DNA from: Takakia lepidozioides
Taxonomy: Eukaryota > Plantae > Bryophyta
Assembly (NCBI GenBank): GCA_030704615.1
Contig: CM060732.1
Span: forward strand, 78,554,001-78,618,000
Length of the DNA stretch: 64,000 nucleotides
Direction: 5' to 3'
Shown: in pieces, positions 1 to 11,529 of the stretch
Numbering within the stretch: the first letter of the stretch is position 1
How the letters are laid out: the number at the start of each line of letters is the position of its first letter
Made by a program: the position numbers and the translations under genes
Notes under the pieces: generated by a model
Told to the model about the DNA's origin: nothing
The model's input: only the letters and a program-made list of their open reading frames with translations
Databases searched by the model: none

Positions 1-1185
1 TCAAGCATGTGTGGAAAAATTTATCTCTAAATACACAGATTTCATGAGACCTTCAATTACCCAGATGGGGTAGGTGAACAATTTTACTAGCTGTTCAATG
101 GCGAACTAGTGACTATGGCATGCCAAAATTGACTTTTCTAAGTCAGAAATAGCAAATAGCCATGATGACCATGTGCTGAAGCCAACATACATAGCCAGAC
201 TTGTCCACATCATGTGAAGGCACACTTGACTTCGCCACTTCCTCCCAACTGCCTGTTTCAAGATCACAAAGTTGCTCCCTGGATCAAATCGATAGCGATG
301 AGTTGTGCAGGGCATGCACATCCAAGGGCTGTCCAACAATTAGAGGTGGAAGGGCACGGCCCAAAACAGGCCGGGTGTCAAGTGTGAAATTGCCACTAAA
401 GACGAGCTACAAAGTCGACTGTGGTCCTTAGGGCTGTGCAATGGACCAGGCTAGAACCAGCGAGCTCTAATGCTAAAAAGCCATAGACATCTGTCTGAAA
501 ATAGGTTTACAAATCGCCTGTTATTACACAGCCTTACCAGGACCCCAACAGTATAAAGCATAGATGTCCATAAATCTTGCTCCATGTACAAAAAAACTGA
601 TCGTATAAATGACCAAAACTATATGCAAGATACAAACACACAAGTGCAACAAGAAATTGATATTCACACATTAGTATGCACATTCTCTGTTGGTACATAT
701 TTGGAATGTGTTGGCTTCTATTTTTAGCAGATATTTATGGATACTTTTTTCTTCCTAAGGTTATTGAATCTGGTCACTAGTGCCAGTGTTGAGAGGAACT
801 CATTCTGATTTTGAGACTGGTTGCAATGAACTGGTCAATGCTTGTTGTCCACTAAATCTCAGGGTAGGACTTGCTGTAGTCCATTGGTTGTTTTGAACCT
901 GCCAAAGTCAAGCACCCAGCCATACACAAGGTCTCAGCCACGTATTGCAAAAATAAAGCCAAATGCCTTCTTCTCCATTTGCCAAACCCTTGAAAGTGGA
1001 GAACACGGGAAGGCTGGAATCAAGCTGACAGACCACAGTAAGCCCTCCTAGTGGAATCAATTTCAGAGAGCTAGTAGAGAAGAAGAAAGCAGACGAAATT
1101 TATTACATTCACTGGAAACCCAAGGACCTAAGAGCAGTACGAGAAAGGAAGTTTAGCATGCTGCTCAGGAATGTACTCATTGCAT

Positions 1186-1208
1186 GAGAGAGAGAGAGAG
1201 AGAGAGAG
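1186..1208. repeat. (GA)n microsatellite
   Basis: Perfect GA dinucleotide run just beyond the stop codon of the repeat-protein gene. Confidence 0.95.
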
Positions 1209-1234
1209 GTTAGCAACAACCTGCAAGTAAGGCA

Positions 1235-4200
1235 TCATTTTGGCTCAGTTGCAAACGGTGCTAGAGTGGGAGCATATGAGCTCGAGTCCCGTGGGTATCT
1301 TGCTGGTATCTATGAATCCACCATGGAGTCAGTCAATGGTTACCCTCTACAACCAAAATATCTTGTTTGCAGAAGGAAAAACAATGGTCAACCAAGATAG
1401 GAGGCCACAGTAACATAAACTACCCCGTATCTTTACAGATCTCATCTGCATTGCACTCTACAACCCTCCATAACAATGTTTGTTTTTGGGGTGGAGACAG
1501 TGAGATATGAGTGCACTGCAAAAGTTGACCTACCGTGCTTCACAAAGAGCTGAAACGAGACCACCAAGCCCATCTATGAGGACACTATGAATATGGCTAC
1601 TGTGGCCTTCTTACAACGGGTAATCCCTGGAGCCAATCTCAGAGGTTTCATGTACATCAGAGCAGTATTTGACTAGAAGTCAGGATGAATATCTACCCTG
1701 TTGTAGTGTGTTTCGTCACGATCCCAGGGCGCCTGGTGCGCCTTCTGCTGGTTCGGCTGCAACCCCCCATCAACGTTTAGACAAGTTTTAGGAATGCAAG
1801 GACAGGATCCTATGCTTGTGCACCTTCAATTTAGTACACCTGTATATCCGTGTTCAAAAGTGAAAGACATCAAAATCCACACAAGCCTCTCTGAGCTTCT
1901 TCAGAGCCGGTAAGTGCCTTCCGCTGCTGGGCACTAGGCTTAGGTTCAAACCAAGTGAGTAGGTTGCCTACCACTGTGTAGTCAGTGAACTCAGCTGGGA
2001 ACAGAGGATGCACTTGTACAATGGTGAGGATAACTGACATTTTGCTGCAGTGCTCAGTTCTAGAAGCCTGAGACCCTCCTTGGGTTTAGTTCCAGGGTAA
2101 GTTTTTGCAGCTAGGGTGAAGACCTTTCTTGCAAAAAATTAGAAGGCCAGGAGCAACTCAAGGCAAGTCCACTCGTGGACTGTGGTAGAGGGTCCCTTTG
2201 TGCTACCACTCCTGTGGCCTGTCCCAATGAAAATGAGGTCTATTCTGACAAGGCTTATAGCAAGCAAGGTCCAGTGGTAAAATTCTCTCTCACTCTTTTG
2301 TTCTAAAGTTCCTTGCTTTTCTCTCCCTCTGCCCAGACGCAACCAATGGAAGGTCGACTTCATGTCAAACATGGATTTCCATATCTACTGTGTGCAGACA
2401 TGAAACCTTTAATTCCATCAAGGTAAAGCACATCATCACAACATAAGAATCATACATAGCACCAGGGCCAATTCAATGTACCAACAACAAGCTTACTAAG
2501 CTGCATTTCTTCCACTCGGACAGTGTGACGATGAGAGAAGGTAAGCAGCTGTCTGAATTTACTGTCTCCAAGTTCTAAAAGGAGAGAACCCAGATCTATA
2601 AATGAAAATTTAGCTCTACCAACACACTAATTTTGGAAACAGATTAGGGCACCAGGATGAGAACCTGTTAGAAAGGGAGGAAGGACCTGGGGAGTGACAC
2701 GATTATCAAATGTAGCAAATGGAGCAGTGTGAGAGGATGAGAACAAGATAGGCTCAACGTGGTTACTTCCCCTGTTTGAGGGTGGCGGACGCTGGTCCTT
2801 ATTCCATGGAGCCTCACCCACCTGATTGACTGACTGCTACCTCCATAGCAAAACTCCCTGTTGGTATTTAAGACTTCACATTGTCTCTTTAGACCTAAAG
2901 GTGAAAAATTTAGACAATGAAATTATCTGCAATGAAATTCAGTTGTTGTTTCATTTGAATTGTTACTGTTGGTTTCTATCCCCGCAATCTTAAACCCTCT
3001 ACTGCATCTGCTTCACACTCCCTGCCTCAAGGGGACGAGATCAATCTGACCACTTTTTGACGAAACCATTTATGCCCCTCATGTCTCCCTTTCAGTATCT
3101 ACCTACACTGTATGAAATGGCTGCAAAACATCTGCGCTTCAAGCTAAGAAGGCAGACCTGCACTGCCATTCACCCAATAACTGCCAGATGCTATTTAGGA
3201 ATCTGAAATTCTTTTGGTGTTCAAAAGTAAATATGAAGGGGTACCATGCACTTGTAAGACATGCCTGCTTTAACGCTTCCATATTTTCTGAAGTGGCATA
3301 GGGTGTGGTCTTTAAGTACTCAGATGATGAATTCCGGCATTGGTTTGATGGTCGCTGATCCTTGTCCCATGGGGCATCAGGCATAGGTCCACTATACTGC
3401 CCTACAGCAAAGTGGTGCTCTGTTGGGCTGTATTGTGTTGAAAAAGAGGAGAGAAGTAAAGAAAAATTACTAATATCCAGTGGCCCAAAGGGACAAAATT
3501 AGAAGAACAAGAAACCTGTGTTAAAACAAACCAGATGCTGCTGAAGATGAGAGCAGGAAAGAAAGAAAAATACAACATCCACAGAAAGCTCACAGAGCCG
3601 TGAGAAGAAAGCAGAATACAAGAAAGAAAGACAAAAAATTTAAGAGAGAAAGGTGGAACAACATTTCAAGCATAAACTTAGATAGTTATCTGATCATAAA
3701 TGGGTGCAAAAATCAAGCATTACATAAATCCACTCCTGTGAACTGACAAACCTGACTTGCATTCCACTTAAATCCAACATTCCGTTACTTCGTATACAAC
3801 TGGTTGATATGAACATGGAGACATACTCTTTATGAGAGAGTTACAGCCGTTGAACTCCAGTACTAGGGCATTGCAGCACTTTCATAATTAACAACTTTTT
3901 CTATCAATTCATATCATCAGGATTTGCACCAGATCTTGCTTGATCAGTGAAGATGGCATGTGCTCATCACCCCAATCAATGACCATGTTTTGGTGTCAAG
4001 CATTAAAGAATGCATGACACACAAATCTGAATGTGACAGACACAACATCAAAAATAGGGAAAAATGAAAGGGATCCTTCACATGCAAGACACATGAAAAA
4101 CGTGCCTGCTTTTGGTGTTCAATGTTTTCAGAAGTTCCGAAGGGTGCAGTCTGGGAGGATGGTAAGTTGCAATGCTCAGATGATGCACCTCGGCATGCGT

Positions 4201-6216
4201 TTGGCAGCCGCTGGTCCTTGTCCCATGGGGCATCAGGCATGGGTCCACTAAACTGCCATACACCAATATTGCTTGCCTTCTTGGTTTATGGCAATATGTT
4301 TACAGATTCAGAGACGAATGGATATGTATAGATTATCACCAGAACTCAATTCATCACTTCTATATAGCAGGGTATGAGATTAGACACTCAGTGACAAATT
4401 AAAGCTTTTGGGGACTGGGAAATCTGCCTGCTCTAGAAAGACTGCATGGTTCACTTTTGCATGACACTCAAATCCACTATGTTGGATGCCCACCAGAGCA
4501 CTATACAAACATTCTCTACTGCAGTTGATCCATTGCTTCCACAAATATTTGAAGCGTGCACAAATTTTGTTAATCTTCAAATTCAAAAAGGATATTTGAG
4601 AGGGGTACCACATATACTAAGCACATGTGAGTCATGCCTGCTTTATTTGTTGAATGTTTTCTGAAGGTAGAATGGGTGATGTCTTGGAGTACTCAAAAGT
4701 TGGGATCCGGTACTGCACTGATGGCTGCTGATCCTTGTCCCATGGGGCGTCGGGCATTGTTCCAATATACTGCCATACGGCCAAACCATATGCCTAGTTT
4801 GTAGATGCCATTGGTTTGGAGGATTGACCTAACTCTATTCATCATTTCCACATAGATGGCTTGAGGTAGAGTAATCTTACACCCACTTCATTTTTCTGGG
4901 AACTGTGACATTTTCCTCCGAAACTGCATGCCTTGAAATCAACACAAATCAAATCAAGGGCATGCAGTTACTTTGGATACTTGGTTCTTAAACAAGGAGT
5001 GGAGGATAAATGCAGTAAAATTCATGCCCGTAAGCAGTTGGCAACAGGACAATCCTCTAACTTCATTTTGGGGACTTTCAACATTGCTTCAACCAATGAT
5101 CAAGCACCAAGCCAACTTTCCAAACCTACTTGCCATCTGTAGGTCAGTAAACTCATGCAATCCTGAGGAACAATCAACCTCCTTATTGTTGGAAACCCAG
5201 TCAGGCCACTAGATGTTCAGACATTGCTGCAGATGTTCAGTACTCCATTGGCTTGTTTTTGAGGTCTGATCAGGCATGTTTAAACTTATTGGTAAATTAG
5301 ATTAGAGCAATTTGCTGTCAATTACCTGGCCTGCCACAAGGTGCAGTGCATCATTTTCCTATTCCCATTCCATAAAATGGAGGTTAGTGGAAGAATGTTT
5401 TTGATATGGACTAATCGAAAAGGCTCTGCTGTCACTTGGCAATATCAGTTGAACTAAAGAGAAGCTCTTGTTGAGAAAAGTTTTTATCATATGATTGTTT
5501 GACCTTTGGCTCTTTTAACCAGACACAGTGCAACTCGAATCCGATATACAAATAAAGTCTAAAGAGGGTTTGTAGGAAGCCGTTCCCACAAGGAGGTTCC
5601 AACCCAGACTATGATCCAACGGAGCCCTTGAATGTCAATCTCACGTTCAATTCCCGATTGAATCGGTACTCGGGTTAGACAAACACTATGACATGTTCTG
5701 CGCAACGTCCACTCAATGAGCGGAGGTTTGTCGCTCTCTAAAGGCTCGGACACGAGGCAGCCTAAGCAAAGCAATGAAACCATGATGTCCAATGACTCTA
5801 CCATGATGATGTCCTGTCATTATCAACAGTATATGATACGATTCCTATTCTATGTGAGAGGCACCGCATACTCACCTGTCTAACCTCTCAGTCTCACTTT
5901 CTCACACGCATGCGAGCAAGAAACCACATGCTGTGACAAGAAATCAGCTAACGATGCAAACTCCTCACACTCGACATTCCTAACTCCATACATAAGCGAA
6001 ACACAGAGAGCCGACCTCTCGAGGAACAGGTTCGTTGTGGAAGGTAGCGAATGGAGCAGTCTGCGAATTGCAGGTGATGTAGGTGTCAAGGTTAGCGCCA
6101 CGGCCGCTGCTTAAGGGCAATTGGTCCCTCATCCACGGAGCTGTGGTCACATCTCCTCGCTTATCATATTTCGGCAAATCATGCGAGGTTGCATACGGCG
6201 CTTTGTCAGAAGTCAT
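1235..6216 (-). CDS. Uncharacterised ~293-aa repeat protein with APWxxD...TAPF/YAT units, 7 coding exons
   Basis: Exons 6016-6216 (ATG), 4638-4769, 4106-4252, 3265-3396, 2687-2821, 1697-1756, 1235-1309 (TGA). All lengths are multiples of 3 with phase-0 junctions and AG acceptors; donors are GT, GC, GC, GC, GT, GT. The exons carry the same motifs (APWMRD, APWDKD x3, APWNKD, APWDRD; TAPFAT, TAPFGT, TTPYAT, LAPFAT). Confidence 0.8.
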
Positions 6217-6910
6217 CCTCCTCAGCTGGTGCTTCTGAAGAACAAATGCCGTGCGATGGGAACCGATGGTCTGCGTCTCGCACCCTTTAAATTCAACCTG
6301 CGACTGGATTTAAGAGAATTACGACGAAAGTGCGCAGAGAATTCCTTACAAAGTCAAAGGAAGAAACTGAAAACCTTCTACAGTGTGTGGGAGAGGGAGG
6401 TTGACAGATATGCTTGCAAGGATCCAAGCGAGGGAGACACCTGTAAGACAGAAGAGCAAGGAAAGTTCTGAAATGGGGGGAAAGACAGTTTGAATTCTGC
6501 ACTTTGGCTCTGTACTCTGTACCCTTTCTCTTTTGGATTTTTAGGGTTTAAAAACTATCATCTCCAGTTTCTGAACTGTCGGATCGGAAGCAGTTCTTCA
6601 GCCATCTGCGCCGCTATTTCTCAGACATCTGACGGCTGGTATGCCAAATATAAATCCATGGTTCGTCGAAATTTGGTTATTTTTGAAGCATTGACGATAT
6701 TTTGGAAATATCTGCGGATATTGGTGGTTTGAGTGAGTTATATAACCACCCCGGGGCTACCAACAGAAAGCAGGGTGGTTAGGAATTTGGAGTACATCGA
6801 TTGGCCGCAGACATGATCATGTACTCAAGCTCATGTATGCACGCCATGTGCTGCTCCTCTCCATTGCCCCCTTGAATCACAGATTATTTAAGGTTTTTGT
6901 TTCTGTTTCG

Positions 6911-7898
6911 TTTTTTTTTTTTTTTTTGGTAAACAGGGGGAATTTTGCCCTGGTTAATTTATTAGTAATTATTCGGGGAAAAAAATTAAAACCCCCATTA
7001 CACCATAAGGTATACACACCGTGATCAGTGAAAGATCGAGCCATACACCCTTGGAGGGCTAACATCCTAGAGAAATAATTGGGCACTTACACTAAGACCC
7101 ATTCTCTATTGAAGCTATCTGTAATGAAAGCAGAGACAAACTGATTACTCAAGACCTCAATCATCCGAGGACCTCGATCCCTTCTGGGGATCCACGCAAA
7201 CCTGGTAGACTTGCTACATAGAAGCTTGCTAGTGAGTGAACAAAATCAATGTCGGAACATGGAGTTCTATCTATAATGGAGACGCGAAACAACTGAGGAT
7301 GGCTTAATATGTTTCCAGTTGATATCCTTATCGAATTTGGGGGACATCGTGGAGGGGGACGCGCTTGTCTTGCCAGGCCGCAGGAGGGAGCTCGGTCCAT
7401 GTGCAGTGGTCGGACGATGCAGCATGGTAGATGAAGCCCCGATTCCCCCAACTGTTTTCGAAGGCTGCGTGGATAGATGCTGCTTCCCTCGGTCTTCGCC
7501 TGATATCTTAACCCAGGCTCTCCTGGACTCAATACCCAGATCATGGATAACGGCTGTTAGCAGATTGGACACTGTAGTGGAGTCACCAAAGAAGGATTTT
7601 TTGCAGCGACTTTTCCAGAGATGCCACAAAGTAGAGGCTCTAAGGACTTCAAACACCTGACAGGTAATTGATCTTGACTTTGAGCCTCTGTCATAGTTTA
7701 AAAGGATGTCTGTGCTGTAGTGTCCCAATGATAATAGAAGGTTTTAATGAAAGGCCAGATCTTTGCAGGGGCATGACACGAGATTAGACAGTGTTGGTCT
7801 CTATGATCCCTGTGGAACAACAAGCGCACAGTAAGGCATCCTCAAACTGAAGCCATTCACCTACTTTCAAGACCCTATTGCCTATCTGCCACACAACG
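6911..7898 (-). mobile_element. 5'-truncated L1-like LINE (zf-RVT-type C-terminus, 3' UTR, poly(A))
   Basis: Degenerate VWQIGNRVLKVGEWLQF...CACC...DILLNY...TLWHLWKSRC...IHDLGIESRRAW; T17 run at 6911-6927; clearly homologous to 32292-33082. Confidence 0.85.
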
Positions 7899-8616
7899 AC
7901 GCAACGGCGTGAGCCTTGCGCGTGAGCATATGTTCACGCAGGAGTGACGTGACGTGAGCGTGATGTCATCAGGCTGATATGGTGACAAATGCTAATGTGG
8001 CACTGCATCGTCATCTGCCATGTCAGCATGAACATGCGGCGCCTATAACCGAGGATGATCCTATGACCATGGGGTTAATGCAAGGAATCCTTGGCTGAAT
8101 ACAATCAAGACTACCATAAGGCCTACAACTGTAGCATCCAACATTGTGCAATTACAATTGTTTGTTTCACTTTTACAATTACAAGGACAAGAAAATATCC
8201 TCACAACGTGTGTGCCATAGAGGCTGCCACAGAAAAACCTTGCTCCCTCCCCAAATAACAATGAGAGTTGGGATCATCTTCAAAAGATGATTGCAGTGCA
8301 TAGCGACAGGAGAACATGTAGATTTCGAAAGGTGCAATGATGCATGTGTTTTTAAAAATTGCCAATCAGAGCTCACTCAGTATAATTGGAAACATAATGG
8401 AGGGATAAGGGATGTCATATCATTGCACCGCCGACGATGTTGCAAATGAATTGAATTGAATTGAATTTCCATGACAATGTTGCATATTGCACATTTCATA
8501 GCATGGTTGTCCACATACCAGATTGCATACTCACAGTCCATAAAAAACACATTTCAAATTGCAGATTCCACATTGCACATTCACCACATTCCAGATACAC
8601 GATGTAATAGTTGATG

Positions 8617-9090
8617 CTACCTATGTGTTGTATCCCGCTGCAATAGAGTATCGACCTCGTTGAAACTCAGAGTGTGAACGAAGTTGTCAAGCTTGGGATC
8701 GCAAACCATCATCTTCAAAAATATGAAATACAAATATTTGCAGGGTATGAATTTACCTCTCTTGCCCAAACTGATTGATAGCATATTCACAAAATCAGGA
8801 TAAGTGCAATTGGGGAAATTGGATATAGTGATGTCGTATGCCCTGTCATGAACAGCAGATGTCGAAGTGATCATTGTGTACACCGACCATACCCTGGATC
8901 GGGCACTTCCGTGGCGCTTGCAACACGAGCTTAGAGCATTCTTGCGGACTCCACCTTGCCGAAGTGTTTTGCGGTTGGAAGAAAACGTCAAACCAGCTTT
9001 CCATCTCGTTTGGTTGGCCACAAGTGAGGATTTACCGGAGGGACCCGACAAGACGCGGAACTAGAAGTAGATGCATGCAGTTGGGGTTGT
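8617..9090 (-). pseudogene. C-terminal part of a degenerate SWIM-finger (MULE-like) transposase, split by the CACTA insertion
   Basis: YDITISNFPNCTYPDF...FIPCKYLYFIF is a decayed SWIM C-x-C...C-x-H motif; the frame joins 21333-22332 when one TGT copy is removed. Confidence 0.7.
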
Positions 9091-9120
9091 CACTACAACA
9101 TATCGCGGTATATATGACTG
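9091..9120 (+). repeat. CACTA left terminal inverted repeat
   Basis: Begins CACTACAA and is preceded by the TGT TSD. Confidence 0.92.
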
Positions 9121-9389
9121 TATATATGACTATCTCGTAGTCATAAACGGTACATATGACTGCAATGACTTTAAGTCGTGCAAACCATGTGAATACAATG
9201 AGTACAGTATGGTCGGTCACGGATGACTGTAGTCAGATGAACCAAGTGATACATCTCACTGTCATGTGACAGTCATATGTACTCCTACCATACATGACTT
9301 AGTGTGTTGCTGCAAACTGTACACGTGTCTCTTTTTAATAAGTCCAAGAGGTTTTGTGGATGTGCGCCATATGGCGTCTCCCAAAACTG

Positions 9390-9600
9390 CCACGTGACAT
9401 ATCCATGAGGAGGATCTGCAATCATCATCCTGACTACAACCATGCTAATATCTGGATACGTGGCATATAATGAGAGGTCTTACAGTCATTGTTCTGACTA
9501 CAAAAACCATGGTATGTGGACACGTGGCAGGTATTGAGGAGGTCATGCAGTTATGATCCTAACTATGACATGCTGATATATGGACACGTGGTGTCATATA
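9390..9600. repeat. Degenerate ~65-bp tandem repeat (3+ units) with G-box-like cores in the CACTA subterminal region
   Basis: CACGTGAC 9391, TACGTGGC 9457, CACGTGGC 9521, CACGTGGT 9585; the first three are followed by GAGGA/GAGGT...ACTA...CATG. Confidence 0.7.
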
Positions 9601-10030
9601 AAGGGTTGTTTTGAACTTTTAAATGTATTGGACAGTTAGAGCCGCAACTATGCTTATCTCGTTAGGGTTAGTAGAGATTAGGGTTAGTATTATTCAATAC
9701 TAAACAAAAGGAAGAACTAAGAGACAAAAAATGACTCTGCAAATGAGTGTTTTATTCACAGGCAAAAATCACAGGAAATAACAAAGTCAGCAAGTGCAAA
9801 GGACAAAACATAGGCACTTAAAAGACAGTAGTAGATGTAAGAGCTTCTCTCTAAACTGTTGCCAGTCAAATTTACAATATAGCGTCGGAGTCCCAAAATC
9901 TGCTCCTCAAACAATAGTATGACAAAGTGCAAAGGACACTACATATGTACTCAAGACAGCAACAGATGTAAAATGCGTATGTCTTTCTACTTTTGTTACT
10001 GTTCCAGCACAACAACAAATCAGCAGGATA

Positions 10031-10265
10031 GGATGCACCCACATTTTGCATGTACATGTTAACGAGGGTATTGTTCAGAATGACATTTGGTAAAATTCCA
10101 GCTCTAACAATGTTGCCATGGACTTCTGTGCCATTTTCCAGAGCTGCCAGGCTTGCACATGCATTGCAAATGCACAAAAATGGGATGTGGTCGGGCTTCA
10201 CCCCTTCCCCCATCATTTGATCATAGGTCTCCAAAGCCTCCATACCACGTTCGGCCTGTTGTGCA
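10031..10265 (-). pseudogene. PLS-class PPR fragment (P-L-S), downstream half of a piece split by the LTR element
   Basis: MEALETYDQMMGEGVKPD-HIPFLCICNACASLAALENGTEVHGNIVRAGILPN-VILNNTLVNMY; joins 16574-16740 across the GTGCA TSD. Confidence 0.9.
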
Positions 10266-10917
10266 TGTCAAGGACGAGAACATGACTGAACACAAACAAG
10301 AGATAAAACTAGAGGTACAAGGCTAGACAAGAACTCAAGGTCGGCGTGGCCGAATGCACGATGAGTAAATAGGAATCAAGACGATCTTTATAACAATGAA
10401 CAAGAGTACAAGATATTGGAACACGACTTGAATACTGGAATGCTGGAAACTTGACTGGAGTACCAGATACTGGAAACTGGGCTAGAGTACTGGGAACTGG
10501 ACTGGAGTACTGGGAACTGGAAACAAGAGTAGCTTGAACTGGTGTTGGCAAGACTGAAGAGTGTCCAGTCTCGCCTCCTATATATACTGGATACTAAGAA
10601 GCTTCCCCAAGAAGCTTCCCCTATGGAGGTTTCTTGCTGGAGAAGTTTCCAAGATTAAACAAAGGTTTCTTGATGGAGAAGCTTCCTTAAACAAAGGAGG
10701 TATCTTGATAGAGAAGTTTCCTCAAAATGAAGCTTCCTAAGTAGTTTCCCAAGTTACTCTTGGTAATTTGGTAAACTCTCGGTAACTTGGTAAGTAATGG
10801 TAAATCATGGTAGATCATGATAAGTCATGATAAGTCATGGTAACTTCCGGTAACATGGTAACTTGGTAACTTCTGGTATTTACTCCTGATAAGTTCTTCC
10901 AGGCTATGTCCGTGACA
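10266..10917 (-). repeat. 3' LTR (652 bp)
   Basis: Near-identical to 15912-16573; adjacent to the PPT; internal ACTGG- and GGTAAC-rich tandem repeats. Confidence 0.97.
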
Positions 10918-11529
10918 TCACCCCCTCCTCTAGCGCCGAGTTCCTCGAGGAGCGGTAAAATCTTGGACTTGCTTAGAGTTGGAGAAAATCCAAAATCCGG
11001 CAATGGTACTTACCAAGTATTCGGCTCTTCGTTCTTGACTCAAATAATTTATAGGTCTCTGCAACCATCGATAGTGTCCAACACCTTGAACTTGGGACCA
11101 CGCAGTGATTTGAGCATTCTGATTTTCGAAGCTGCCTTCAATCATGATTTCGTTGCCCTCTGGGTCCGAAGCCTCAACCTCCAACAGAATTATCAAACTT
11201 CGAGTAGGCTCCACTTGCCGTCGTACGGGGTCCAGACGATGAAGTACGCGTCGCATTGGTGGCCCATCGTCTCGAGAGCGTCGGCATGATGTTGAAGGTC
11301 GTGAGAGTCGAAACGGCTGATCTGGTAGCTGGGTAAGCGACAACTCTCAATGTATTTGGTTCATGCGACTTCATACTGCCAATACAAGATGCAAGAGTGT
11401 TGGAAGTGTAGCTATATATACTGATGTGTGGTGTTCCTCCCTCCTTAGCGTGTATCAGGTACATTGAATGCGGAGTCTTCACCTTGAAGCTAACTTGGCT
11501 GACATCATCGTTGTGACATCTTATTGACG

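Noticed and set aside
1-1180. Short ORFs at the window start
   Set aside because: No recognisable motifs; probably 3' UTR/intron or intergenic sequence.
5559-5804. Extra exon of the repeat-protein gene (also 2139-2372)
   Set aside because: No repeat motif and no phase-0 splice pair giving an open frame; treated as intron.
7900-8143. Possible solo/partial LTR ending ...CATCCAACA
   Set aside because: No partner LTR, PBS, PPT or TSD could be identified.
9661-9690. Interstitial telomere (TTAGGG)
   Set aside because: Only two separated units, within a transposon subterminal region.
10430-10545. CRISPR-like or standalone short repeat array (ACTGG units)
   Set aside because: No unique spacers; it lies inside both LTRs as an internal tandem repeat in a eukaryotic context.
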